A DNA stretch of 63,877 nucleotides from assembly GCF_006345805.1 (NCBI RefSeq), contig NW_021831865.1, forward strand, positions 1-63,877, written 5' to 3'. Positions 51,603 to 63,877 of the stretch are shown here, one piece after another. The notes under the pieces were generated by a model. It ran no database searches. It was given only the letters and a program-made list of their open reading frames with translations, and was not told the DNA's origin. The position numbers and the translations under genes are program-made. The first letter of the stretch is position 1; every line of letters begins with the position of its first letter. The stretch comes from Octopus sinensis (taxonomy: Eukaryota).

Positions 51603-52284
51603 TGTGTATATATATATACATATATATATGCGTGTGTGTGTGTGTATACATATATATACACACGCACACACACATTTATGTACATACATTCATAGATACA
51701 TACACACGCACACACCACACACACACACACACATACACATAGCACAGGCACATAACCATCCATCTTTATCTCTTTATCTCTCTCACCAGCATATACACCT
51801 CCTTGATAGCAGATAAAACAATATGGAGATGTCAAAGCTCAAAGTCATTTAGCAGAAATTAAAACAGCTATTTATTTCTATAGTTACATTTTTCTGACCT
51901 GAACTCGCTCATCTGACAGATGAACACTTCGGAAATTATTGCTAGTCTAGTAATTGCCTTGTCACTTGGCTGAAGATCTTAGTTTCCTTCAATTTTTCTA
52001 CCTTCATTGTCAGCGATGCAGCCACCTACTTACTGCCTTTTCCTTCCTTCTTCGCCCACCTAGTCCTATCATCTCTGTTCGATGTACGTGTTCATATATG
52101 TGTCAACTTATCTACACACACACACACACACCACACTCACACGCAGACACACGCCACACACACATACAAACACACTTTCGCGCGCGCGCATGCGTATGCA
52201 CACACACACACACACACACATATATATTTATATACATATATGCCTATAACGGCCCATAAAGTGTATGTAAGTAAATACACATGC

Positions 52285-52321
<37 letters not shown>

Positions 52322-52361
52322 ATATATTATATATACATATATATATATATGATATATATAT

Positions 52362-52392
<31 letters not shown>

Positions 52393-52405
52393 GTATATAT
52401 ATATG

Positions 52406-52485
<80 letters not shown>

Positions 52486-53348
52486 AAGTATATATTGTAA
52501 TATATACATACATGCATATATATATATCTATATATATATATATATATTATATAATATGATAAATGTATATATATATATATGCATGTATGTATAATATATG
52601 TGTATCTATATATGTATGTATGTATGTATGAATCGTCAAAGTAACTTCTAGATGATAATTACCCAGTTTTACGTTTGTATTCGTTTCAAAGCGTGTGTTT
52701 GATGGATGGATGCTGGAGACAAAGGTCAAAATATGGCCGTATTTAAAATAAATTAGTTTAATAGGAATACGAGGTTTATTTTCTACTTACTTACCCACAA
52801 CATTTGTTGTCACACATTTACTATGATTCCAATCCCGAATATAATTTCCACATTCTTTGCAACGCCCTCTCTTTTTTTTCCCCCTTTTTATTAATGTGTG
52901 ATTCTTTGTTTTCTCCACTTGCTTACACATACACGCAGGTATATAACCACGCTCACACATGCACACATGTACACACACACACATTCACACGTACACACAA
53001 ACACACACTCACATATGCACACATGCACACACACACACATTCACACGTACACACAACACGCACCCACTTCTATTAACTCTGTACTTCTCCCTCATTACGT
53101 ACTTCCTCACTCTTTCAAACATGAGTGCTTCTCTTCTCTTCTGGATCGAATAACGTATAATTCTCCGAATAATTGTTCTCCCTAATCTTCTTATGAAACA
53201 TAATCGTCGAATTTATAGAAAACGAGCACGATTGCTGATTCGGACACGTTTTAGCCGAGATTTATACAGATATTATGCAGTATTTTTTTTTATAGCTATG
53301 TGACTGAGCTCAACTGTATTTGTCTATGATGATCGGACATTCTCTTAC

Positions 53349-53399
53349 CTTAGCTGTAGTAACAGTGACTGAAAGAGCTAGAACGGAGCCAATTGGGAC
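53349..53399 (-). CDS. Candidate 51-nt symmetric coding exon (VPIGSVLALSVTVTTAK)
   Basis: Minus strand ...ATCATTTAAATAG|GTCCCA...GCTAAG|GTAAGA; strong donor, length divisible by 3, only phase 0 open. No homology recognised. Confidence 0.25.
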
Positions 53400-54160
53400 C
53401 TATTTAAATGATATTTAGTGAGAACAATGTTATAATATGGAACAGTGAATACATATCACTCACAGTCGACATAATTTCCTCGTCAATACGATGTTCTGTT
53501 CTTGTTACGAAAACTCTTAGATAAAATTTACAAACTTTGACACCAAAACCTTCAATCATTATCCCTCAAAGTATTTATCTCTGGCTCATTGTGCATAGAC
53601 CTCTGGCTTCTTTCCTAATAGTGATGGACATTCTCCTCTGTTTATAGGGTTATACATTATCTCTATTCGAAGCTACACGGAACTACATTACATAATCTTT
53701 TATCTTTATGAAAACACAATATTTCTCGATAGAGTTCATGCGATACTTAAATTGAGAACGACAACCATCTTGCACTGCTCTTTTACTAAGCTTCGGTTTC
53801 AAACATTATATCAATTGAAATAATCACACGTATCAACTCATCATTCTGTAAAGAGAGAGGTCTGCGACCGACAGGCAATGTGCTTGTTCTGATAAAATCC
53901 TAAAAGGAATGCAGTGAAACTTTTCATTGAGAATACTTGTTCATGAACCTAAGTTAACATTTTGTCCATAATATTGGTGTACACATGTTCCTAACGCGCG
54001 TCTTTATAATGTAGTTATACAGTTGGAAAGAAATGAATGACTTAAGCTGATAGCCGTTATTTGACGGAAACGTCATCGATAATCCCTATTTCCGATGACG
54101 AAGAGTCTTAACTCTTGAAGAGCATAGACTAACTAACAATAAACAGAAATCACTGCTACC

Positions 54161-54391
54161 TATTTCTTTACTACCCACAAGGAGTTAAAAACAGAGAGGA
54201 CAAACAAGGACTGACAAACGGATTAAGTCGATTATATCGACCCCAGTGCGTAACTGGTACTTATTTAATCGACCCCGAAAGGATGAAAGGCAAAGTCGAC
54301 CTCAGCGGAATTTGAACTCAGAACGTAACGGCAGACGAAATACGGCTACGCATTTCGCCCGGCCTGCTAACGTTTCTGCCAGCTCGCCGCC
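54161..54391 (-). mobile_element. SINE family C
   Basis: Full C pattern; shares its TSD with the adjacent tRNA fragment. Confidence 0.92.
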
Positions 54392-54427
54392 TTAAAAGTC
54401 TGATGCTCTACCGACTAAGCTATGCGG
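54392..54427 (-). pseudogene. 5' half of tRNA-Lys(UUU), retroposed and fused to SINE C
   Basis: Minus strand CCGCATAGCTTAGTCGGTAGAGCATCAGACTTTTAA versus conserved animal tRNA-Lys-TTT (GC)CCGGATAGCTCAGTCGGTAGAGCATCAGACTTTTAA, 34/36 by eye against the remembered sequence; it stops at the anticodon loop. Confidence 0.85.
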
Positions 54428-55068
54428 AAATCACTGCTACCACCACTTTCTGATGTCAGCAGTGGGAGCATTCTGAAATTGATGTGTATTGTACTAGCTT
54501 GCAAAATTTAATTTAATTTCCGCTCTGCTTGTAATTCTAAATCATCACACATTTGATTCTTCAAGTATATTTCATTTGTACAACATTTTATAAGCTTTCT
54601 TTAAGTATATTTCATTTTATAAGCATAGTAAAATTCATAAGAAACAATTATCTTTTTCCTATAAAGGAAACAATTTTCTTATAAATTTGGTTCTAGAGAA
54701 TATTCTGTACTTAGACCAACTATGCTGTTGTGGTTATTAAGCTAAGGTCGCCATCAATATTGCAGTGATATGACAGACAAAAACAATGTTCAAACTATCA
54801 ACGTACAGTGTTTTTGGTTATTTTGTGGCATTTTTTTTCACTAAAACGGTAAACTAAGATTTTATGCAAATCTGGTTGGTATTCCTTGCAAGTCAAGCGA
54901 TAGCATAAAATGATCTCTCGTTCATTTGTTTTTTTTTTATTATTACGCTAATTTGTAATATGTATATACACACAGAGACATACCTACATACATGCATACA
55001 CACACAACACACCACGCGCACATACATATATTATATAATATATAGATATATATAGGTATATTATATAT

Positions 55069-55102
<34 letters not shown>

Positions 55103-55179
55103 ATATATATTATATATATTGGGAGATAGATAGACAGACATATAGGTAGATAGACAGATATAGAGATAGACAGATAGAC

Positions 55180-55254
<75 letters not shown>

Positions 55255-56980
55255 AGGATAGGTTGGTTTTCATTAAGTACAAAATCAATTTTGTAAAAGT
55301 CTACACCTGCTCAAGTTGAGCTCAGAACGATGTAGCTTCAATTGATCACAAAAGCAAACCCAGCGCGTTCCATAGCTTTTTCTTTTATTATTTTGATCTT
55401 CTTTAGCAGATGCAAGGAGTCGTATTTACAGAGGCTGCAATTTGTATAACATGATGACGTTTATGACTTTCTGAAAAATTGTGATTTACATGAAATAAAT
55501 TAACTTTAAAATAGAGTCCGAAACAAACAGCTAAGCTTCCTACGAGTTCGCCTTCTTTTCTACATCTCACATGAATCTGTAGATTGCAGTTATTGAAATG
55601 CATATAGTTTGTGTGTTCTCGGTCTACTTTAAGAATATTGCTAGCAGCGCAATAAGATATATACGCGATAGAAATATATAAGTAGGGGAAAGCGAGAGAG
55701 AAGGACTAATTGTAAGGTGGAGTAGGGAAACTGAAGGTAGGAGAAAGAGGGAGAACGGAGAAAGAGAATATTAGAATAGAAGAAAAAGTTGGGAACGAAT
55801 ATAAAAGAGACGAGGAAATGTAAAAAGACGTGAAAGAAAGCTAAATTGGTATTGGAAAGGTCAGTGAACCCTTAAAGCTAGCAGAATATTTTCAGGGAGT
55901 AAACATCCAAAGGTCAGCTACAGTGAGAAGTGTTTAGCAATAATCTCTAAAAATCCTTTTAAACAACATAAATGAAGCGGCATTTTAGCAATGATCAGTA
56001 TTTTTTTGTTTGGTTTTCGTTTTTTTTTAACGCTCGCACGCTTACGTCTGTGTGTGTGTGTGTGTGCGTGCGCGCGTGTGTGTGTGTGTGTGTGTGTGTG
56101 TGTCTGTGTGTGTGTGTGTGTGTGTGTGAATGAGAGTGTGTAGGCGGGGGTAGTTGCTGGGTAGTTGAAGGGATATCAAGTTAATAGCTTCCCGTTTATT
56201 TTTGTTGTGATAGCATTTTTTAAAAAATATCATTCAGAGAAATGCCTGATGTTGAATGCATGTGAGCATCATTCGTTAAGCTTTCCTGGCATTGACCATC
56301 GGCACAAAGGCGCGGAATGATGGAGAGCCTTGGTTAGCTTCCAGATCACTTGTAAGCAATGTTTTTAAATATACGTATTTTACAGCTTATATTTCGCTCT
56401 CGTCTAATGCCGCACGAAAAAGCAGCGATGGCTTTAAAATAAGAAAATAAGCCAGATGGAATTAAATATGATGAATTTCCAATACATCATCTTCTTCCTA
56501 AAGTCCGTTTTGACACTTTTCCGGCGTAAGGCTTTTGTTGCCATTGATTTTCTCGGATTCTTCAGAACCTTTGTATTGATTGAGGATCGAAGATGTACAC
56601 TAATAAGGTTTTAAAATTTCGTTGATGTATTTTTCTGTAGGCGACAGTACTTGTATTCGATCAATACTTTGATGAGTTACTAGTAATCTATAAATATATA
56701 TATCGATTTCGATTAAGTGCTTATATTATACTAAGTGGTATAAGAAGGGCGACATTTGAACGAATCTTAGTACATAGATGGATATATTGCGTTTATATGC
56801 AAGTATGTGTGCGCGTGTGTATTTATTTTTTAGGCATATGGTTATCTATGAGTATACAATTATATGATAAGAGTGACATTAAGCATATGAACGTTGGTCT
56901 GGTAACATTCAACAAGTTCATAATGTGATATTGATACTAGGTGAAAAAGCTTGTTGATCAATTATATATTACTCATTGAC

Positions 56981-57015
<35 letters not shown>

Positions 57016-57101
57016 TGTAGTATGTGTATGTATGTATTATGTATGTATCTATCTATCTATCTATATAGATATATATATTATATATATATATATCTATATA
57101 T

Positions 57102-57135
<34 letters not shown>

Positions 57136-57174
57136 ATATATATATATTATATATATATATATATATATATGATA

Positions 57175-57451
57175 TAGGATAAAATTTTTCGAGAAAATTC
57201 TATCAATGGCCAGCATATTAAAAAATACCTTTAAATGTTAATTTTTAAACAACTTATAAACAAGGGCAAAAGAAAAAAATTCTAATGCCAAATATGCCGA
57301 AAATAGACAAAACGTCAATAACCATATAATATATCACTGTAAGCACGCGTCTCGAAGTAAGCCGACAAAAATTTCTAAAACAATCCGTTATTATCGTATC
57401 GGTCCCAATTTCAGAGTTAATTCATAAGAATTTTCTCCTCGTCAGCGATAA
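57175..57451 (-). mobile_element. ~280-bp dispersed repeat, copy 2, hammerhead-bearing
   Basis: Colinear with 130-428; left end abuts (TA)n. Confidence 0.8.
57391..57451 (-). ncRNA. Type I hammerhead ribozyme
   Basis: Minus strand reads TTATCG-CTGACGA-GGAG(aa-AATTC-ttat-GAATT-aa)CTCT-GAAA-TTGG(ga)CCGA-TA-CGATAA. Perfect 6-bp stem I and intact core; cleavage predicted between 57397 and 57396. Confidence 0.8.
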
Positions 57452-57807
57452 ATATTTATCCTGTTGGGTAATTTCACTAACCCAATCCCAGAAATATATA
57501 TGTGACGTGGAAAATACTTTCAGACCCCAGTTCCAAGGACCATGATTTTTAAAAATTTATATTGATTGTAATAAAGGTAATACGTAATACCAAGGTAGGT
57601 CTCTTACCCAGAAGTTCCCTCTGTTTTTTAGGCTTGCCAGACTTGTTGCGACTTCATCATATTGCTCATTTTTGATAGAAGAGTGGACCAGATCAGCGTG
57701 TAATTAAGTGTTTTGCTTAAGAACACAACGTATTGCCCAGTTCAGTAATCGAAACTACAATTATAAGTTCAACCACTAAGCCACGAGCCTCTATTATATT
57801 GATTGTG

Positions 57808-58023
57808 CATATCGGCATGAACTTTTGTAACAAAGCCAGCAAATTAGGGAGAGGGTGCAAGTTGATTAGATCCAACCTAGTGCTCAACAGGTACTTATAT
57901 TATCGACCCCCAAAAAATGAAAACCAAATTTGATCTCGGCGGGATTTGAACACAGCATGTGGACGAACGAAATTTCGATAAGAATTTTGTACGGCGTGCT
58001 AACGAGTCGGCCTGCTCGCCGCC
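57808..58023 (-). mobile_element. Old SINE C-related copy
   Basis: GGTACTTATATTATCGACCCC...GATCTCGGCGGGATTTGAAC...CGGCGTGCTAACG...CTCGCCGCC. Confidence 0.7.
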
Positions 58024-58528
58024 TTTGTAATTTATAGTACATATCACGAATAAATGATAAATAACCAGCTTCGAAATTGAGGTTAACTTCGGCTATTTGT
58101 ATCGGTTAACCTAAGGAAAACTCTAAATATAATTTGGACGGCCCGTTTCGGTTTGCTCAAGTTCATATTCATGTGTTCGAGAAGACCTGACGATGGCTAC
58201 TGAAAATTCGGGAATTCCTGGGTACCATCGTCTCCTGTCAGCTACTGCCAAAGAATCCTTACGTGCTTCTTGAGGCTATCTCAGTTGTATGTAGAACTTT
58301 AACCCACGGGCGCATCTAGAAAACCTCAAAACGGGTGTAGAAACCATCCTGGTATCAATAAGACTTAACATCATTCCCATATAAAAGAATGTTATTATAT
58401 TTATTGTTTCAAGGGCTGCGGAAGATAGCAAAAAAAACTATTGCAAGAAAATACTACTAAAAATAAGAGAAATAACAAATTCTAACATCAAAAGCAACTG
58501 CAGCAGCGGCAGCAACGGTAGTAGTAGC

Positions 58529-58569
<41 letters not shown>

Positions 58570-59170
58570 CAGCAGCAGCAGATGGTGGTGGTCGTAGTAG
58601 TAAATCAGCAGCTGCAGCGGCGGAGGCGGCGGCAGTGGTATCAGCTAGTACTGCAGTAGTAGTTGCGCATCAACAGGCTTCAGTATTATTCTGTAATTAC
58701 TAAAACCACTTTGTCTATACATAAACCCTAAATTGTAATGGCCATTTTTTTTCTTTCTTATTCAAAAAAAGTACTTATCTATTTTCTTTCATCAAATTTT
58801 ATAGATTTATTTATTTTTAAACTCAATTACAAGTTCTGTCCGACCCGCGTATGTTTTATTTTCTTCTCGCAAATAAAATAGTTTTATATCATAATTATAT
58901 GTGAATTAGGTTTTGTAGCTCTGCAAGTCAGATAGTTATTTACACACATACACACACATGCACACACACACATGCACATAAGCGTGTATATACTGTTAGA
59001 CGCATATACACACGGACGCATTGCATCACAAAGACACATTGCATCACATTTGCAAATAGATGCAAACTAAACAGAATTTTATCTTACAGGATCAACTTTA
59101 TTACATATAAATAGTAGCGTTGCTATACATACATACTTACATACATACATACCTACATACATATATATAT

Positions 59171-59210
<40 letters not shown>

Positions 59211-59281
59211 GATGCACACGCGCGTTTGTATCTGTATTTGTCTTTGATAATATGTATGTTTGTATGCTATATATATATATT

Positions 59282-59315
<34 letters not shown>

Positions 59316-60230
59316 TATATATATAATATATATATGCATGCATATATACATATAAAAATATTTATATATATATATGCATGCATATATACATATAACTATT
59401 TTATATTATATATGCATGCATATATATATGTATATATATATGTATGTATATATGTATATATATACATATACATATGTATATATATATATATATGTAATAT
59501 ATATATATATATATATTATAATATATATATATATATATTATATAATATATACGCATGTATATATGTAGATGTGTGTGCGTGTATACACACACACATATAT
59601 ATATATATATATAATGTCGAATGTAGTTTTGAATTATACAATATATATATGTATAATACGTGCCTGTGCGGTAGGCAATGATGATGACGATAAAGAAGAA
59701 AATGATAATGATGATGATGATGATGATGATGATCACGACGTCAACAAAAGTAGGCGTAAAGAACAATATTTGTTTCAGGAAATATTGATTTTATTACGTT
59801 GAATTAAGAAGAAATTAAGTGGTAGCAATCAGGAATTGAAACCGTATCTCGCGTTCATTTCGACGAGAACACAACCGGTTTGTTTCCTGATTTAGATAGA
59901 AAAATAAGTTACGCGTTAATGCGTCTTTGTAGGAGTGAAAAGAAGGGGTTACCTGCAAATCGACAGCATGTTCCGAAAGCTTGCAACAGAAGAATATAAA
60001 ACGAAGTGAAGCCTACCAGGAAAAAAAACAAAACAAAAACATTTTCTCTGAATGATAAGTTTCCTTCACTCCATGCAGTGAAGGTGAAATTACACACTGG
60101 CAACATTAGGGCTGACAAACATTTTGTTGGGCGAGCCAGACGGCAGACATTTTTATATCTTGCAGGCTAAAGTGAATAAAAATTAAATCTAGAACCATGA
60201 TAATATAAGGCTACAAAATTATTTTAAAAA

Positions 60231-60402
60231 AGGAGTGGCTGTGTGGTAAGTAGTTTGCTAACCAACCACATGGTTCCGGGTTCAGTCCCACTGCGTGGCA
60301 TCTTGGGCAAATGTCTTCTGCTATAGCCCCAGGCCGACCAATGCCTTGTGAGTGGATTTGGTAGACGGAAACTGAAAGAAGCCAGTCGTGTGTATATATG
60401 TA

Positions 60403-60433
<31 letters not shown>

Positions 60434-60620
60434 GTTTGTGTGTTTGTGTTTGTCCCCTAGCATTGCTTGACAACCGATGCAGGTGTGTTTACGTCCCCGT
60501 CACTTAGCGGTTCGGCAAAATAGACCGATGAATAAGTCCCGGGGTCGATTTGCTTGCCTAAAGGCGGTGCTCCAGCATGGCCGCAGTCAAATGACTGAAA
60601 CAAGTAAAAGAATAAAAAAG
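60231..60620 (+). mobile_element. SINE family A
   Basis: Head, internal microsatellite and tail, with an internal deletion between two AATAAGT motifs. Confidence 0.9.
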
Positions 60621-62209
60621 AGAGTATCACCAGTTTAAGTGAACGATTTCATGATGTAAAATGTGGTACACACTATGGATAATGCAGCTTGCAGTGAAGA
60701 GTTGAAAGAGTTCTAGGGTAAGTGGGGGTGGGTGGGGGAGCGACAGAGGTCTGACTAAATGGGATACATCTCAGTTTACCAAAATATATTGATAGACAAG
60801 TAAATATCTTTTGTCTTTCCCTTCATTTTATTTTTATGATTATCAATTATTAATGTAAACTATTTTGCCACAATGTATGAGATGCGATTTGGTTCTGTTG
60901 CTCCATCTATTAAGAAAAGTTAAATCATTTACTTCTGGTATCATTGTTAAGCGGGCAAAATTTGATTTGCTACCGCGAGAAGGAATGTCACTTTTAGCTT
61001 GATTGAATGAAAAACAGCGATTAATTTATAGAAACTTCAAAACTGTTTACATCTTATTTGGGTTTTTTTCTCTTTTTCTTTTGAGACTGAATTGTATTGT
61101 TCGTTGATCAAATAGAGATTAACCCGAATAAGTTTTTCAGGCAACATCGAATATTTTGGTAAATGAATGCACACAACATATTTAGTAAAAGCTACATGTA
61201 TTTAATAGCTGCTTGACTCGGCGCAATAAAACTTCAAGTTCCTTGGGTTCGGGGACATGTCCAACTCATCAGATGTTCGGAGAGCAAGGCATCTGATGCG
61301 GTGGACCTATCACCTGATCGGGACTTCGGAGACTAGACTGACAATCTTACCCAGCCTGCTTGGTTAACTTGAATAGGTTCCGGTGGACACCCTGCAGAAG
61401 AAAAATCAAAACGAGTCAAAGGTCCGATGAAAACAGATCAGTGAACGATCATCTAGCAGCTGGAAGAGAGAGATCCCTAATCGTGTTTTAGATACCTCTT
61501 AAAGGGAATGAAAACTTTAATGTAACAACTACGACTTTGTTTGCATCCAGTTTTGTAGGAAAGTAATTTTGAGGGAAATACGTGTTGCTTAGGAAGTGAG
61601 ACTAACGCCATATAAGGCTTTTCCTCACTTTGATTAGCTTCCGGCACAAGCATCGCTTGATTTTTAATATCTCTATAATGTGTTGCAGACTATGGCTGAC
61701 CATAGTCAAGAAAGACAAAACATCCAAAGAAAAATCTCACGATGGAATGAAGTCATCTGTCAGCATCAGTGGAAAACTCTTTGAACACCTGCATGGAACA
61801 CCCGTCGTTGCCACATCTGTGTAAATGAATGTAGTTCAAAAGTTTTGATGGGAATGTTCCACCTATACATATATGTATTATGTATGTGTACACATATGCA
61901 TGTCTGTACATATTTATGTATTAATCTGTCTTAAGATTACGGCCTCATCATGTCGGTCATTTTCGCGGTTTCCGACCGATTGAAAATATAACAGGATACC
62001 TGTCTGCTAGTCTACTGCTCCGCTGCAAGTTCAACCACCCAGCTGGCGCACTTTGCAGAAGATAAGATAGGAACAACATCAAGTATTTTTAATCTTTACT
62101 CCAGGACTAAAAAAGCACCTCGAGTTTGTGAATCGGCCTCGTTAATTTGATGTCCTGAATGCAACACGCCAACTATTAAACCACGCGATTTCAGATATAC
62201 ATACATACA

Positions 62210-62263
<54 letters not shown>

Positions 62264-62300
62264 ACTACTACTACTACTAATACTACTACTAATACTACTA

Positions 62301-62880
62301 GCACTCTGTTGGTTACGACGACGAGGGTTCCAGGTGATCCGATCAACGGAACAGCCTGCTCATGAAATTAACGTGCATGTGTGTGAGCACTCCACAGACA
62401 CGTGCACCTTTAACGTAGTTATCAGGAAGATTCAGCGTGACAGAGAGTGTAAAAAGGTTGGTCCTTTGAAATACAGGTACCACTCATTTTTGCCAGCTGA
62501 GTGAAGTAAAGCAAACTGAAATTGACTAAAGCAAAGTGTCTTGCTCAAGAACACTACGCGTCACCGGAAATGAGCTCCAGGAATTAAACTCAAGACCTTA
62601 CGATTGTAATCCGAATACCCTAACCTATTTCTTTACTACCCACAAGGGGCTAAACACAGAGGGGACAAACAAGGGCAGACAAATGAATTAAGTCGGTTAT
62701 ATCGACCCCAGTGCGCACTGGTACTTAATTTATCGACCCCGAAAGGATGAAAGGCAAAGTCGACCTCGGCGGAATTTGAACTCAGAACGTGACGGCAGAC
62801 GAAATACGGCTACGCATTTCGCCCGGTGTGCTAACGTTTCTGCCAGCTCGCCGCCTAATCATTAAGCCACGCGCCTTCAC
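62301..62880 (-). mobile_element. tRNA-derived SINE (B variant-2 body, diverged head) split by a SINE C insertion
   Basis: The body is the reverse complement of 42850-43020; the head is interrupted at its A-box. Confidence 0.75.
62626..62855 (-). mobile_element. SINE family C nested in another SINE
   Basis: Flanked by TAACC / TAATC, a short degenerate TSD. Confidence 0.9.
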
Positions 62881-63694
62881 ATACACAAACACACATACAT
62901 ACACGCACATACACATACATACATACATACATACATACATACATACATACATACATACATACATACATAAACACATACATATATATACTTACAAATGTAT
63001 GCATGTATCTCTGTAGATGCATGTATGTGTATGTATTGAAGTTTTTTTTTTTTTTTATCTAAAGTTACGAATAAATAAACTTTAGTACTAACCAGAAGGA
63101 TAACTTAATTCATTTTACGAAAGGTAGATATTTATTTTCAGAAAGAGAAGTTTAACAGTGCCATTAAAGTCCCAGCTTACTCGCCGTCATCAGACTGGAG
63201 TTTACAGTGTTTATTTTTCTGTCTTTATACACTGGCAGTTTATTATTACATAGATAGAATAATGTGAATGAGAAATAGATGTGCTGGAAGTAGGCAGATG
63301 AAATGCTTGTACAGGAAGGGGAAATAGAAAACATACGAGAATTCTGTCATTCCAAACCATTCTAAAATACTCAGTTTAAACTTTTTTTAAAAGAAATACA
63401 CAAATACCCAACACAGACGTCAGTATTTATCACACTGATTGGATCATATTTTCTATAAACATCTTTTTGTGGACCATAAAAATAGCAAAAAAATAAACCC
63501 TGAGAGACAGAAAATCTTGATCAGTTATAAGAATATTTCAAACACATTACGTGTTGAATATGGTACATCAGTATGCGCCCTTATTTTCACGGTTAACTAA
63601 AGCCCATGAAATAAAAAATTCTTTATCAAACCAGTACAACAGTTTCTAGCATTCCTTTCTCTCAACCTACCTTCACTGTCAACCTTTTCCTTCA

Positions 63695-63877
63695 ATTAAT
63701 GTGGTTGGTGATTTCATCTTCCTTGGCTCCAAAATAAATGGAGATGGTGACTGCACTCCAGAAATAAGACGGCAGAGAGGCAATGGTCAGCATGAGCAGG
63801 GTCTGGAAGAGTAGAGACATCAGACTCGCTACCAAATGCAGATTGGTGAATGCAATTGTCTTCCAATAGCAACATAT
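63695..63877 (+). mobile_element. RTE/BovB-like LINE reverse-transcriptase fragment (runs off the window end)
   Basis: INVVGDFIFLGSKINGDGDCTPEIRR / REAMVSMSRVWKSRDIRLATKCRLVNAIVF, matching the BovB-type motif DFIFLGS.I..DGDCS.EIKRR...KSRDI.L.TK..LV.A.VFP. Confidence 0.85.

Noticed and set aside
54062-54128. Hammerhead-like pieces (GAAACGTC; ATGACGA-AGAGT-ctta-ACTCT)
   Set aside because: The core is broken (ATGACGA, TGAAG instead of GAAA) and no consistent three-stem topology can be built.
58180-58225. CTGACGA...GAAA-ATTC-GG-GAAT-TC hammerhead-like string
   Set aside because: Stem III is plausible but stems I and II do not pair; at best a decayed remnant.
61245-61300. Hairpin CATCAGATG...CATCTGATG and minus-strand CTGATGA motif
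   Set aside because: GAAC replaces GAAA and there is no UH site; the region reads better as a decayed RTE-like coding remnant.

Overview
AT-rich eukaryotic (animal) genomic DNA, not prokaryotic. The extreme density of (TA)n/(TACA)n/(GATA)n/(AAT)n microsatellites and the tRNA-derived SINE families resemble an octopus (coleoid cephalopod) genome; this is my recollection, not a database result. Almost all long ORFs in the supplied track are microsatellite artefacts. I cannot identify a host protein-coding gene, only two weak candidate exons. The window is a mosaic of transposon remnants: SINE families (my labels A, B and C, plus an AAT-bounded repeat E), LINE fragments (Tx1/L1, RLE-type R4/Dong-like, RTE/BovB, Penelope), Tc1/mariner elements (DD34D, DD37D/maT, MITEs), a Chapaev-like transposase and Helitrons. 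Highlights: (1) two diverged copies of a ~300-bp repeat, 57 kb apart, each carry an intact type I hammerhead ribozyme with covarying stems at the 5' end and run into a (TA)n tract (retrozyme/Penelope-like architecture), and a third, variant-core hammerhead element has the same layout; (2) a tRNA-Lys(UUU) 5' half is fused to a SINE and both lie inside one 15-bp target-site duplication; (3) the 3' tail of SINE C matches the 3' end of a young Tx1-clade LINE, suggesting a SINE-LINE partnership; (4) a textbook 395-bp Helitron splits a mariner ORF at an A|T target. All coordinates and alignments were read by eye and may be off by a few bases.
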